Below are positions 45,891 through 56,037 of a stretch of 64,000 nt of DNA, piece by piece. The stretch covers positions 927 through 64,926 of the forward strand of contig CAZYFH010000014.1 of the NCBI GenBank assembly GCA_964646815.1. Direction: 5' to 3'. Source of the stretch: an uncultured Vicinamibacteraceae bacterium. Lineage in GTDB: Bacteria; Acidobacteriota; Vicinamibacteria; Vicinamibacterales; UBA8438. The stretch's first letter is position 1, and each line of letters begins with the position of its first letter. The translations under genes and the position numbers were made by a program. The notes under the pieces are model-generated. The model made no database searches. It saw only the letters and a list, made by a program, of their open reading frames with translations, and was not told the origin of the DNA.

Positions 45891-46984
45891 CCCTCGAACA
45901 GATCCTTCCTGACGTCGTTCGAGTGGATGCGACCGAATTCCCGCAGCAACTTCTTTGACCGCTCGTCGAACACCGGCGGCAACACCACGCTCACCTCCAC
46001 GACCAGGTCCCCGCGCGTCCCGGAATGCGGCGACGGCGCGCCGCGCGCGTGCAACCGGAACCGCTGGCCCGACTGGGTCCCCGGCGGGACGCGGAGCCGC
46101 GCCACGCCATCAAGTGTCGGGATGTCGATCTTGGCGCCGAGCGCCGCTTCGTGGATAGCGATGGGCATCTTCAGATGCAGGTCGTCGCCTTCCCGCTGCA
46201 GGAACCGGTGGTCCTGGACGGTGGCCGTGATATACAGGTCTCCTGCCTTGCCGCCGGCCCGGCCCGCGTTACCCTTGGCGTCAACCCGCAGCCGGGCGCC
46301 GTTGGGCACGCCAGCTGGCACTTGAATCGTGATGTGATCGTCACGCGCCACGACGCCTTCAGACCCACAGGCGCCGCATGGACGATGTCTCAAGCGGCCC
46401 GAACCGTCGCAGTGCTTGCACGATTTCGAGAAGACCATGTGTCCCCGTCGCCATCGCGTGGTGCCCACGCCGAGACACTTCGTGCACCGGCCGGAAACCG
46501 CCCGTCGCTGGCCGCTGCCGCCGCACCCTTCGCACACGTCGAGTCGCGTAATCGACAAGCGGCGTTCGGCCCCTTCGAGCGCCTCTTCGAAGCTGAGCGT
46601 CACCTCCCCATACAGGTCGCTGCCGCGCGCTGCCTCCGCAGCAGGCTGGCTCTCCCCCGCATCCTGAAACACCTCGGCAAACAGCTCGCCGAAGGTTGCA
46701 GAGGCGCCGCCGGCCGAACCGGACGTGGAGAAATCGAACCCCTGGAATTCCACGGACGTCTGGCGGGTGACCCGCGCGCGGACGCCATGCGCGTCGTACT
46801 CCAGCCGCCGGTCGGCGTCTCTCAACGTCTCGTAGGCTTCAGTCGCCTGGCGAAAAAACGCCTCCGCCTCACCGTCGCCGGGGTTGATGTCAGGGTGGTA
46901 CCGCCGCGCCAGCCGCTTGTAGGCTCGCTTGACGTCGATCAGGCTCGCCTCGCGCTGCAGCCCGAGAATCACATAGAAATCCAT
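45887..46984 (-). CDS. dnaJ: molecular chaperone DnaJ
   Basis: J domain (DFYVILGL...[17 protein letters not shown]) and a zinc-finger region with CxxCxGxG repeats. Confidence 0.9.
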   Translation of the reverse strand: MDFYVILGLQREASLIDVKRAYKRLARRYHPDINPGDGEAEAFFRQATEAYETLRDADRRLEYDAHGVRARVTRQTSVEFQGFDFSTSGSAGGASATFGELFAEVFQDAGESQPAAEAARGSDLYGEVTLSFEEALEGAERRLSITRLDVCEGCGGSGQRRAVSGRCTKCLGVGTTRWRRGHMVFSKSCKHCDGSGRLRHRPCGACGSEGVVARDDHITIQVPAGVPNGARLRVDAKGNAGRAGGKAGDLYITATVQDHRFLQREGDDLHLKMPIAIHEAALGAKIDIPTLDGVARLRVPPGTQSGQRFRLHARGAPSPHSGTRGDLVVEVSVVLPPVFDERSKKLLREFGRIHSNDVRKDLFEG

Positions 46985-47013
46985 GCCTGCCCCGGCACCC
47001 CCGGTCCCCGTGT

Positions 47014-48930
47014 CTACTTCTTGTCTTCTTCGACGACCTCCGCATCGATCACGTCACCACCACCGCCCCCCTCAGCCGCATCGGCCGGCGGCGCATCCGC
47101 CCCCCCGCCGCCATCCGTCGGCGGGGGGGGCGCACTCTGCTTGTACAACGACTCGGCCGCCTTGTGCTGCGCCGTGTTCAATGCGTCCAAGGCTGCCGTG
47201 ATTGCCGCGACGTCCGTGCCCTCGTTCGCCTGCTTCAGCGCGGCGATCGCCTCCTCGACCGGCTGTCGGTCCGCGTCCGTCAGCTTGTCTCCGGCGTCCT
47301 TGACCATCCGCTCCGCCGCGTACACTGCCTGGTCAGCGCTGTTCTTTGCCTCCACCTCATCCTTCCGCTGCTTGTCCTCGTCGGCGTGCGACTCAGCCTC
47401 CTTCATCATCTGGTCGACCTCGTCCTTGCCGAGGCCGCTCGACGCCGTGATGGTGATCTTCTGTTCCTTTCCGGTCCCGAGATCCTTCGCCGAGACGTTC
47501 ACGATGCCGTTGGCGTCGATGTCAAACGTCACTTCGATCTGCGGCACGCCACGCGGTGCCGGCGGAATCTCGGCCAAGTGGAACTTGCCCAGTGTTCGGT
47601 TGTCCTTCGCCATCGGGCGCTCACCCTGGAGGACATGAACCTCGACGCTGGTCTGGCTGTCGGCCGCCGTGGAGAACACCTCGCTCTTCTTGGTCGGAAT
47701 GGTGGTATTGCGCTGAAGCAGCGTGGTCATCACGCCGCCGAGCGTCTCGATGCCGAGTGACAACGGCGTGACATCCAGCAGGAGCAGGTCCTTGACCTCG
47801 CCGGCCAGGACGCCCGCCTGCACCGCTGCGCCGATTGCCACGACCTCGTCCGCGTTGACTCCTCGGTGGGGTTCCTTGCCGAAGAGTTCCTTGACGATCT
47901 CCTGGACCTTGGGCACGCGGGTGGACCCTCCGACCAGCACCACCTCGTCGATCTTCGAGGGGTCGAGACCCGCGTCGGCAAGCGCCCGCTTCACCGGATC
48001 GACCGTCTTCTGGAGGAGGTCGTCCACCAGTTGCTCAAACTTGGCGCGCGTGAGTTTTTTTTGAAGGTGCTTCGGCCCGGATTGATCGGCGGTGATGAAA
48101 GGTAGGTTGATCTCGGTTTCCAGCACGGTCGACAGCTCCATCTTCGCCTTCTCGGCTCCCTCTTTCAGCCGCTGGAGTGCCATTCGGTCCTTGCTCAAGT
48201 CGATGCCCTCGTCGTTCTTGAACTCCGCGACGATCCAGTCGATGATTCGCTGGTCGAGGTTGTCGCCCCCGAGGTGCGTATCCCCGTTCGTCGATTTGAC
48301 CTCGACAACACCTTCGCCAACCTCGAGGATGGAGATATCGAACGTGCCGCCCCCGAAGTCGTAGACCGCGATGGTCTCGTCCTTCTTCTTGTCGAGTCCA
48401 TACGCGAGGGCTGCCGCCGTCGGCTCGTTCACGATGCGGAGCACTTCGAGTCCGGCGATCAGACCTGCATCCTTCGTTGCCTGCCGCTGCGCGTCGTTGA
48501 AGTAGGCGGGGACCGTGAGTACGGCCTTTTCGATGCTCTGGCCCAGATATTCCTCAGCGGCTTGTTTGAGCTTCTGGAGCACCATCGCCGACAGCTCGGG
48601 TGGGGCCAGTTCTTTGCCGCCCGCATTGACACGAGCGTCACCGTTCGACGCACGCGCCACCGTGTAGGGGACCATTCTCATCTCCTCGTTAACCTCATTG
48701 AAGCGCCGGCCCATGAAGCGCTTGATCGAGAAGATGGTGTTCTCCGGATTCGTCACCGCCTGGCGTTTGGCGACCTGACCAACCAATCGCTCGTCTGACT
48801 TCGAGAACGCGACCACGGACGGCGTCAATCTGCCGCCCTCCGGATTCGTGACGACCGTCGGCTCGCCACCTTCCATAACTGCGACGACCGAGTTGGTGGT
48901 ACCTAAATCGATTCCGATAATCTTGCTCAT
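47014..48930 (-). CDS. dnaK: molecular chaperone DnaK (Hsp70)
   Basis: 638 aa starting [18 protein letters not shown], with DLGGGTFD and [10 protein letters not shown] motifs. Confidence 0.97.
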   Translation of the reverse strand: MSKIIGIDLGTTNSVVAVMEGGEPTVVTNPEGGRLTPSVVAFSKSDERLVGQVAKRQAVTNPENTIFSIKRFMGRRFNEVNEEMRMVPYTVARASNGDARVNAGGKELAPPELSAMVLQKLKQAAEEYLGQSIEKAVLTVPAYFNDAQRQATKDAGLIAGLEVLRIVNEPTAAALAYGLDKKKDETIAVYDFGGGTFDISILEVGEGVVEVKSTNGDTHLGGDNLDQRIIDWIVAEFKNDEGIDLSKDRMALQRLKEGAEKAKMELSTVLETEINLPFITADQSGPKHLQKKLTRAKFEQLVDDLLQKTVDPVKRALADAGLDPSKIDEVVLVGGSTRVPKVQEIVKELFGKEPHRGVNADEVVAIGAAVQAGVLAGEVKDLLLLDVTPLSLGIETLGGVMTTLLQRNTTIPTKKSEVFSTAADSQTSVEVHVLQGERPMAKDNRTLGKFHLAEIPPAPRGVPQIEVTFDIDANGIVNVSAKDLGTGKEQKITITASSGLGKDEVDQMMKEAESHADEDKQRKDEVEAKNSADQAVYAAERMVKDAGDKLTDADRQPVEEAIAALKQANEGTDVAAITAALDALNTAQHKAAESLYKQSAPPPPTDGGGGADAPPADAAEGGGGGDVIDAEVVEEDKK

Positions 48931-49035
48931 CTATCTACGTCCTCAATGCCCGATCGAGGGCGGAATGACCACCCAGACCGCGCGAGAAAAGTGTACGGGA
49001 CCACTCTGGCTCCGACAACATCCTATGTCAAGAGA

Positions 49036-49064
49036 AGTATAAAATATGAGTGCTTATCTGTCAT
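49036..49064 (-). promoter_or_regulatory. candidate sigma70-type promoter for dnaK (ATGACA-17 nt-TATACT)
   Basis: The minus strand reads ATGACAgataagcactcatatttTATACT, in the only AT-rich patch of the window, approx 100 nt upstream of the dnaK ATG. Pattern match only. Confidence 0.35.
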
Positions 49065-49091
49065 TTAAAGCGATCCTCCAAGGAGCCGCAT

Positions 49092-49120
49092 GCACTGCGC
49101 CGGTAACGGCGTGGTATAAT
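49092..49120 (+). promoter_or_regulatory. candidate extended -10 promoter (TGgTATAAT) facing the small ORF / PBP1A
   Basis: Perfect TATAAT at 49115-49120 preceded by TGg. The -35 is weak (TGCACT) at 17-nt spacing. Pattern match only. Confidence 0.3.
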
Positions 49121-49128
49121 TACGTCGT

Positions 49129-49422
49129 TTGGATCAAACTGGCAACACTATTCGATACAGACACTTAGAACCTTGGCGCGTCGTCGCCTCGACGCTGTTC
49201 CTTATGGCTTGGGTGAACGCCGGGGTCGTGGGCCTGCACGCTCAGACTGATGCGGTCGGCACGGCGTCTTGGACAGAGGGCGAGCCCTCGATCGTGCATG
49301 GCGCGCAGCGCCTCGTGGCCGTGGTCGACCAGTCAGTCCTAGGGAATCGCGTGGAACCCGGACGCGGTCGCCTGGAAATCCGGATCGATCCAGGCGCCAG
49401 GGAGCATATTTCGTATATGTGA
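49129..49422 (+). CDS. possible small secreted protein (hypothetical)
   Basis: 97-codon ORF from TTG, with a signal-peptide-like segment (WRVVASTLFLMAWVNAGVVGLHAQ) and GC-rich third positions. It sits in the 567-bp gap between dnaK and PBP1A, just downstream of a TGgTATAAT box. No homology recognised. Confidence 0.3.
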   Translation: MDQTGNTIRYRHLEPWRVVASTLFLMAWVNAGVVGLHAQTDAVGTASWTEGEPSIVHGAQRLVAVVDQSVLGNRVEPGRGRLEIRIDPGAREHISYM

Positions 49423-49497
49423 CCGAGGAACGCCGCTGGCAGGCGGTGCGTCGCGGCCATAAATCGCTCTACAAAGGGCTCTTACAGTCCACTAGTC

Positions 49498-51792
49498 ATG
49501 ACGCCAGCGCCGAACCGCTTCATCCGTCAGGCCATCGCCATCGGGCTCTTTGCCGTCGCCGCCGTACTCGGGACCGTGAGCGGTGCCCTGTTCGCGTACT
49601 CCCCGGACCTTCCCGAAATCGCCGACCTCGACGACTACGCCCCGAACACCATCACCCGAGTGTACGCCAGTGGTGGCGAAATCATCGGCGACTTCGCCAC
49701 CCAGCGTCGGTTCATCATCGGCTACGACGACATCCCCGAGGTGCTCCGCCATGCAATCATCGCCGCCGAAGACGGCTCGTTCTTCGAGCACAGCGGCATC
49801 AGCATCCCGGCGATCATCAGGACGGCGGTCAACGACGTACTCCGACGGCGACTCCATGGCGCCAGCACGCTGACGATGCAACTTGCCCGCAACATCACGG
49901 TCGGGGGCGAGGTCCTCGGCCAGGAGAAAACGCTGCTGCGCAAGCTCCGAGAGACGTATTACACGTTTCTCCTCGAGAAGCGCTACACAAAACGCGAGAT
50001 CTTCACGCTCTACTGTAATCAGATGTGGCTCGGCACGGCGAGGCACGCAGCCCACGGCGTTGAAGCCGCCGCCCGCTTGTACTTCGGGAAGGCAGCGAAG
50101 AACCTCGCACTTAGCGAGGCCGCTGTCATCGCGGGTATCTTCCAGTTACCCGCGCTCCAAAGCCCTCTGGTCAACATGGAGTGGGCCACCCGCCGGCGTA
50201 ACTACGCGCTCGGTCGGATGGCCGAGGACGGCTACATCACACCCGAGGAAGCGGAGGCTGCGAAGGCTGAACCGATTCGACTTGCGCCGCGGCGCGAGCG
50301 GAGGAATACGATCGCGCCCTACTTCTTGGAGGAAGTCCGGCAACACCTCGAGCAGGAGTACGGTGCCAGACGCTTATACGAGGACGGACTCGCGGTACGG
50401 TCGACGCTCGACCTGGAACTCCAGATCGCAGCGAATCGTGCGGTGTCCGAAGGGCTTCGGAGTCTGGACAAGCGACACGGGTACCGGGGCCCACGACGGA
50501 ACGTCTTGACCGATGGCGACGCCGTCGACTCGCTGGACGCGTTTGAGCATCCGCGATGGATCTACCCGATCGAGATCGGCGAAGTCGTGCCGGCCGTCGT
50601 TACCGGCGTCGACGGCGGCACCGTGCAGGTGCGGGTCGCCGGGTACACGGCGACAATCGATTCGGAAGGGTATCGCTGGACGCGTGCTCAGTCGGCGGAG
50701 GAGATCGTTGAGCGAGGCGATCTGGTCGACATCCGGGTGACTGCATTGCCGGAGACGTCCGACGACATCGCCGGCGCCACGCTCGACCAGGAGCCCGAAG
50801 TGGAGGCCTCGCTCCTGGCCATCGACAACCGGACCGGACACATCCTTGCGATGGTGGGCGGGTACGATTTCGAGCGAAGCAAGTTCAACCGCGCCACGCA
50901 GGCGTATCGACAGCTCGGATCGTTGTTCAAGGGCGTGCTGTACGCTGCTGCCGTCGACCAGGGGTTCACGACCACGTCGATCCTGATGGACGAACCGGTT
51001 AGCTTTAACGTCGGTCCCGACCAGGCGCGCTACGAGCCGACCAACTACGACAACAAGTATGAGGGGCCGATCACCCTTCGCTGGGCACTCGAAGACTCGC
51101 GGAACGTGCCAGCGGTCTGGCTGATGAACGAAGTCGGTCCGGAGACGGTGGTCGACTTCGCGCGTCGCGTCGGCTTCACTTCACCCATTCCGCCGTATTT
51201 ATCGGTCGCGCTCGGAGCGGCCGAAGCCACGCTGAGTGAGATCACGAGCGCGTTCTCCGTATTTCCGAATGGGGGGACACGCATGGTGCCGTTCCAGATC
51301 CAGCGCATCCTCGACCGCGAAGGGAATGTGCTGGAAGAGCATCATCCGCAGTCACGCGATGCGCTGCGGGCCGACACCGCCTACATCATGGTGAGTCTCC
51401 TGCGCGGGGTCGTGCAGCGCGGCACGGGGCGCGGCGCCCTGCGTCTCGGTTGGCCGGTCGGCGGCAAGACGGGCACCATGGACGGGTACACCGACGCCTG
51501 GTTCGTCGGCTTCGACCCCGACATCACCGTCGGCGTGTGGGTCGGCTACGACGAGAAGCGGACCCTCGGCGACAGAGAGCAAGGAGCGCGTGTCGCGCTC
51601 CCGATCTGGATGAGCTTCATGGAGGCGTACGTGGCCGGCCGCCAGACACCTCGGGGGTTCGTCCCACCGGGCAATATCGTCTTCACGACCGTGGACCCGA
51701 CGACGGGCGAGATCACCGAACCGTGGGCGCGCGATTCGATCCAGGAGGCGTTCATCGCGGGGACCGAGCCGGGCACCGCGTTTCGCAGGTAG
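49498..51792 (+). CDS. mrcA: class A penicillin-binding protein (PBP1A; glycosyltransferase + transpeptidase)
   Basis: GT51 motifs (AIIAAEDGSFFEHSGI; RKLRETYYTFLLEKRYTK) and transpeptidase motifs (SLFKG approx SxxK; KTGT). Confidence 0.95.
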   Translation: MTPAPNRFIRQAIAIGLFAVAAVLGTVSGALFAYSPDLPEIADLDDYAPNTITRVYASGGEIIGDFATQRRFIIGYDDIPEVLRHAIIAAEDGSFFEHSGISIPAIIRTAVNDVLRRRLHGASTLTMQLARNITVGGEVLGQEKTLLRKLRETYYTFLLEKRYTKREIFTLYCNQMWLGTARHAAHGVEAAARLYFGKAAKNLALSEAAVIAGIFQLPALQSPLVNMEWATRRRNYALGRMAEDGYITPEEAEAAKAEPIRLAPRRERRNTIAPYFLEEVRQHLEQEYGARRLYEDGLAVRSTLDLELQIAANRAVSEGLRSLDKRHGYRGPRRNVLTDGDAVDSLDAFEHPRWIYPIEIGEVVPAVVTGVDGGTVQVRVAGYTATIDSEGYRWTRAQSAEEIVERGDLVDIRVTALPETSDDIAGATLDQEPEVEASLLAIDNRTGHILAMVGGYDFERSKFNRATQAYRQLGSLFKGVLYAAAVDQGFTTTSILMDEPVSFNVGPDQARYEPTNYDNKYEGPITLRWALEDSRNVPAVWLMNEVGPETVVDFARRVGFTSPIPPYLSVALGAAEATLSEITSAFSVFPNGGTRMVPFQIQRILDREGNVLEEHHPQSRDALRADTAYIMVSLLRGVVQRGTGRGALRLGWPVGGKTGTMDGYTDAWFVGFDPDITVGVWVGYDEKRTLGDREQGARVALPIWMSFMEAYVAGRQTPRGFVPPGNIVFTTVDPTTGEITEPWARDSIQEAFIAGTEPGTAFRR

Positions 51793-51808
51793 ACGCCGAC
51801 CACGGCGG

Positions 51809-52922
51809 TTACCCGTTCGCCTCCTCCGCCTTCCGCATCAAGCACCGCTTGATGAACTCGTCGAGGTCCCCGTCCAGCACACGCTCGACGTTCCCAACCT
51901 CCATCTTCGTGCGGTGGTCCTTAACCATCTGATAGGGGTGCAGCACGTAGCTGCGGATCTGGCTCCCGAACGCAATGTCTTTCTTTTCACCGCCGATCTG
52001 CGCCATCTTTTCCTGCTGTTCCCGGAGCCTCAGGTCGTAGAGTCGCGCCCGGAGCACCTTCATTGCCGCGTCGCGGTTGCGGTGCTGCGACCGCTCGTTC
52101 TGACACGACACGACGACATTGGTGGGCAGATGGGTGATGCGAACGGCCGAATCGGTCACGTTGACGTGCTGACCGCCTGCGCCACTCGACCGATACGTGT
52201 CGATCCGGAGGTCCTTGTCGTCGATCTCGACCTCGACGTCGTCAGGAAGCTCAGGCCAGATGAAGACCGACGCGAACGACGTGTGTCGCCGCGCCGCCTG
52301 ATCGAACGGTGAGATCCGCACCAGACGGTGCACACCCGCCTCCGGCAGTAGCAACCCGTAGGCGTATGACCCGTGCACGGTCATCGTCGCGCTCTTGACA
52401 CCCGCTTCGTCGCCCGGTTGGAACTCGATCACGTCGCGCGTGAAGTTGCGGCGTTCCGCCCACCGCAGATACATCCGCAGCAGCATTTCGGCCCAGTCTT
52501 GTGATTCGGTCCCGCCAGCACCCGGATGTATCGAGACGATCGCGTTTCGCGCGTCGTGCTCACCACCGAGCATCTTCTTGATCTCGCCGGCGTCGACCTG
52601 TGCCTGGAGTTCGTCGAGTCCCGCAGCCAGATCGTCGGCCACGCTCTCGCCCTGGTTGGCCCACTGGACGAGCACATCGAGATCCTCACTCCGGGAGCGG
52701 AGCGACTCAGAGAGGTCGAAGTCTTCCTGGAGACGGCGGCGGCGCTGGAGAACCTGCTGGGCCGTCGCCTGATCGGCCCAGAAGTTCGGAGCGGCAGCCT
52801 GCTGCTCGAGGCGTGCGATCTCGGTCTCTACACCAGCAGCGTCAAAGATAACCCCGCAGGTCTGCCGCCCGTTTGACTAGGTCCTGGTACCGTCGAATCT
52901 GTTCATCGAGCGCGATCGCCAC
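51809..52922 (-). CDS. prfB: peptide chain release factor 2, requiring a programmed +1 ribosomal frameshift
   Basis: Frame 0: GTG 52922 through codon 26 (VAIALDEQIRRYQDLVKRAADLRGYL), then in-frame TGA at 52844-52842 in the context CGG GGT TAT CTT TGA C. The +1 frame from GAC 52843 continues DAAGVETEIARLEQQ... into the 288-aa track ORF, which contains SPF and GGQ (SSGAGGQHVN). Confidence 0.9.
52841..52856 (-). promoter_or_regulatory. prfB: RF2 recoding signal (SD-like GGGG, slippery CUU, UGA C stop context)
   Basis: The minus strand reads CGGGGTTATCTTTGAC, matching the canonical prfB autoregulatory frameshift cassette (SD-like element, CUU UGA C). Confidence 0.85.
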
Positions 52923-52981
52923 CGTATCCTCCGTTCGCAGTGAGATGGGTCAGAGTTCGCCGCGCCGTGTGATGGTGCCAG

Positions 52982-54514
52982 TCAGCGCCGCGTCTGACGT
53001 GCGCGGGCGCCGCGACGGCAGACCCAGAGCAGAAGCGCGGTCATAACGGCCCCGGCATACGCCGGCGCATCACCGATGCGTCCGTACAGGGTCAGGCCAT
53101 CGAGCAATCGCACGTCCTCGACCACGATAGCGGGCTCGAACAGCGCGGTCCGTACCCGGATACGACCGTAGGGATCGATGACGCCGCTGATACCCGTATT
53201 AGCGGCGCGGACCAAGAACCGTCCCTGCTCGATGGCACGGAGGATCGCCTGCTGAAAATGCTGGTGCGGCGCCGCCGAACGTCCATACCAGGCATCGTTC
53301 GTGATCGTGACGAGCAGCGTACTCCCGGCCCGCACGAGCTCGCGCACGAGTCCAGCATAGATGATCTCGTAGCAGATCGCCGTGCCGACCGGGTGGCCCC
53401 CGACGGGCAAGGTGCGTGGACCGGGCCCCGCGGAGAAATCAGAGACCGTCTCGACGAGCGGCGACAAGAAGAACAGCGCGCGCTTCATTGGCACGTATTC
53501 CCCGAACGGCACGAGGTGCTGCTTCTGATAGACACCCGCCGTCGCGCCGGCCGGATCGACCATATAGGCGGCATTGTAGAAACGCGTCTCGGCGCCCGCC
53601 CTGATCGAGGTGCTGCCGACGAGGGTGTGCGCGCCGGTTTCCCGCGCGGTGAGACGTATCGCCTCGCCGCGCGGGTCCCGCTCGAGCGGAAACGGGATAG
53701 CCGCCTCCGGCCAGACGATGAGCTGGGCGCCGTTGGCGGCGGCGCGTCGTGTCTGATCCAGATAGCCGGCGAGGATCGCCTCGCGCCTCGCAGGGTCCCA
53801 CTTCTCCTCCTGCGCGACGTTGCCCTGCAACGCGGCCACGCGCAGCGGCGCTCCCGCGCTGATCAGCGCCGCGTTCTCTAGGCGCCAGTAGCCGAACGCC
53901 ACGCTCGCCACGACGACGGCGGCGGTTGCCGCTCCAGGCGCCCAACGCCGCGGCTGGGCGACGACCGTGTAGGCAAGGGCCGCATTGACCAGCACCACGA
54001 GCGCGGACAGGCCGAGGACGCCCGCGAGGCTGGCGACCTGGGCGACCGGTAAGACCGTCGCCTGGCTGTAGCCGACGAGCTCCCACGGGAAGCCGGTGAA
54101 CAGATGGATCCGGCCGAGCTCCGTCGTCACCCATACGGCAGGCGCGAAGAGCAGTCCGCCGACGCCGAGCCGCTTCCGGACGAAGCCCATCGTCAGCGCG
54201 AAGAGCGCCGGGAAAAGCGCGAGGTAGGCCACGAGCAACCCGTGCACGAGCCACGCCGCCGATCGCGGCAGCCCTCCGTAGTCGATCATCACAGCCGGAA
54301 TCCAATAGATGGTGCCTGCGAAATGGACGAGACCAGTCACGAGTCCGACCGCGAAGGCGCCGCGCGGCGAAAGCCCGCTGCCGACCGCGACCAGGAGCGG
54401 CACAAGCGCGATCCAGGCGATGGCGGGGTGCCCGAGGTGGGGGAAGCTGAAGACGAGCAGGACGCCCGAGAGCGCTGCGGCGAGCGGCGTCGCGACGGCG
54501 GTCCGCCCCGCCAC
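52982..54514 (-). CDS. lnt: apolipoprotein N-acyltransferase
   Basis: 510 aa: N-terminal multi-TM region plus a C-terminal CN-hydrolase domain (WPE, ICYE motifs). Confidence 0.9.
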   Translation of the reverse strand: MAGRTAVATPLAAALSGVLLVFSFPHLGHPAIAWIALVPLLVAVGSGLSPRGAFAVGLVTGLVHFAGTIYWIPAVMIDYGGLPRSAAWLVHGLLVAYLALFPALFALTMGFVRKRLGVGGLLFAPAVWVTTELGRIHLFTGFPWELVGYSQATVLPVAQVASLAGVLGLSALVVLVNAALAYTVVAQPRRWAPGAATAAVVVASVAFGYWRLENAALISAGAPLRVAALQGNVAQEEKWDPARREAILAGYLDQTRRAAANGAQLIVWPEAAIPFPLERDPRGEAIRLTARETGAHTLVGSTSIRAGAETRFYNAAYMVDPAGATAGVYQKQHLVPFGEYVPMKRALFFLSPLVETVSDFSAGPGPRTLPVGGHPVGTAICYEIIYAGLVRELVRAGSTLLVTITNDAWYGRSAAPHQHFQQAILRAIEQGRFLVRAANTGISGVIDPYGRIRVRTALFEPAIVVEDVRLLDGLTLYGRIGDAPAYAGAVMTALLLWVCRRGARARQTRR

Positions 54515-55266
54515 TAGCGCGTGATCCAGGGCTTGAACTGTTCTTCGGTCTCCAGACGCTGCTGCGCCCGCTCCGCGTCAGCTCGGTTCGAAAATGGACC
54601 GACGCGGACGCGAAACACATCCACGGGCGCATCCGGTACAGGGTCGACCACGAACGCTCGGTATCCCTTGGCGCTGAGATCGTGGGCCACCTGGTGCGCT
54701 GCTGGTAGTTCGCGAAGTGCCATGACCTGCACCGCCCATCCGCCGGGCCGAGCTGTCGCCGCGGCAGTCGAATCCGCAACCGCCTGCGATCGGGTGAGCG
54801 ACGGGTCCACGCCCACCCCCGACGCCTGCTCCACCTCGGGGGGTCGTGTGGGCGACGAAGGCGCTGGCCGCAGCGCGACGACCTCCCCGGTCGTCGGTTC
54901 GGGCAGATCCTCCACGGGCAGCGGCGGCTCGGCAGCTACGCGCGGTTTGCGCAGCGCGTCCTCAGGCAGGGCGTCGCTCTCCAACCCCAACCGCCAGACG
55001 TAGGTCAAGTCGTCACCCGACAACGCGGCCGCCGAGGGCTCGGCATTGCGTGTGCTGACGACTGCGGGCCGTCGATCGTCTCCGAAAAGGGACGCGGCCG
55101 CCGCGCCACTACTGTCCATCCGCAGGAGCGGCTGGACGAAAGGCACACCTCGCCCGACGAGGACGCCGAAGAGGAACACCACCACCGCGACGACGGTCGC
55201 CGCAATGAACAGAAAGACGATTTGCTTGGGGCTTGAGGCGACGTCGCCTGGGACCTGTGAGGCCAT
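54514..55266 (-). CDS. SPOR domain-containing membrane-anchored protein
   Basis: N-terminal TM helix (IVFLFIAATVVAVVVFLFGVLVG), a Pro/Ala-rich linker and a C-terminal SPOR-like fold (WAVQVMAL....A......L...GY.AFV.......FRVRVGPF..R..AE). Confidence 0.75.
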   Translation of the reverse strand: MASQVPGDVASSPKQIVFLFIAATVVAVVVFLFGVLVGRGVPFVQPLLRMDSSGAAAASLFGDDRRPAVVSTRNAEPSAAALSGDDLTYVWRLGLESDALPEDALRKPRVAAEPPLPVEDLPEPTTGEVVALRPAPSSPTRPPEVEQASGVGVDPSLTRSQAVADSTAAATARPGGWAVQVMALRELPAAHQVAHDLSAKGYRAFVVDPVPDAPVDVFRVRVGPFSNRADAERAQQRLETEEQFKPWITR

Positions 55267-55278
55267 ACCGGGCTAGTG

Positions 55279-56037
55279 TCAGGACCCGTCGCTTTTCTTC
55301 CCGCCCAGCACGCTGAAAATGTCTACGGGCAGCGGGAACACGAGCGTCGAGTTCTTTTCGCTGGCGATCTCAGTCGCCGTTTGCAAGTAGCGGAGTGTGA
55401 CGGCGAGGGGCTGTGTGCCTATCACTTCGGCCGCTTGCGCCAGCTTCTCCGACGCCAGGAACTCGCCCTGAGCGTGGATGATCTTAGCACGCTTCTCGCG
55501 CTCGGCTTCGGCCTGTCGGGCCATTGCACGCTGCATGTCGACCGGCAGATCGACGTGCTTGACCTCCACGGCGGACACCTTCACGCCCCACGGATCAGTC
55601 TGCGTGTCGAGAATCTGTTGCAACTGCTGATTGAGCTGCTCCCGTTCGGCCAGTAACCCGTCGAGCTCGACCTGGCCGAGCACGCTGCGCAGCGTGGTCT
55701 GCGCGAGCTGTGAAGTCGCGTAGTGGAAGTTCTCGACTTCGACGATGGCGCGCTGCGGCTCCATGACGCGGAAATAGACAACCGCGTTCACCTTGACCGA
55801 GACGTTGTCCTTCGTGATGACATCCTGCGGTGGCACGTCCATCACTATCGTCCGCAAGCTCACGCGCACCATCCGGTCAATCGGGGCGAAGACGAGGATT
55901 ACGCCAGGGCCCTTCGGACGCGGATACAGCTTACCCAGACGAAAGATGACGGCGCGCTCGTACTCGTTCAGGATCTTGATGGAGCTGACGAGATACAGCA
56001 GGAGGATGACGAGAAAAATGAGCCCCGGATTGATCAT
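55279..56037 (-). CDS. SPFH/Band 7 (stomatin-like, slipin) protein
   Basis: 252 aa with [15 protein letters not shown], and a Band 7 core followed by a coiled coil ([12 protein letters not shown]). Confidence 0.9.
   Translation of the reverse strand: MINPGLIFLVILLLYLVSSIKILNEYERAVIFRLGKLYPRPKGPGVILVFAPIDRMVRVSLRTIVMDVPPQDVITKDNVSVKVNAVVYFRVMEPQRAIVEVENFHYATSQLAQTTLRSVLGQVELDGLLAEREQLNQQLQQILDTQTDPWGVKVSAVEVKHVDLPVDMQRAMARQAEAEREKRAKIIHAQGEFLASEKLAQAAEVIGTQPLAVTLRYLQTATEIASEKNSTLVFPLPVDIFSVLGGKKSDGS

Noticed and set aside
49036-49064. HspR operator (HAIR, CTTGAGT-N7-ACTCAAG) or HrcA operator (CIRCE, TTAGCACTC-N9-GAGTGCTAA) upstream of dnaK.
   Set aside because: Only partial matches are present. 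GAGTGCTTA is a good CIRCE right half-site, but the corresponding left half (AAGAGAAGT) does not match. The best HAIR-like alignment has 5/7 and 3/7 matches. That is not enough to call an operator.
49483-49497. Exact 15-mer TACAGTCCACTAGTC shared between 49483-49497 (just before the PBP1A ATG) and 60505-60519 (overlapping the stop of the 60514 ORF).
   Set aside because: A few 15-nt exact matches are expected by chance in a 64-kb window when both strands are considered. The flanks do not align and the contexts differ (5' of a start versus 3' end of a convergent gene).
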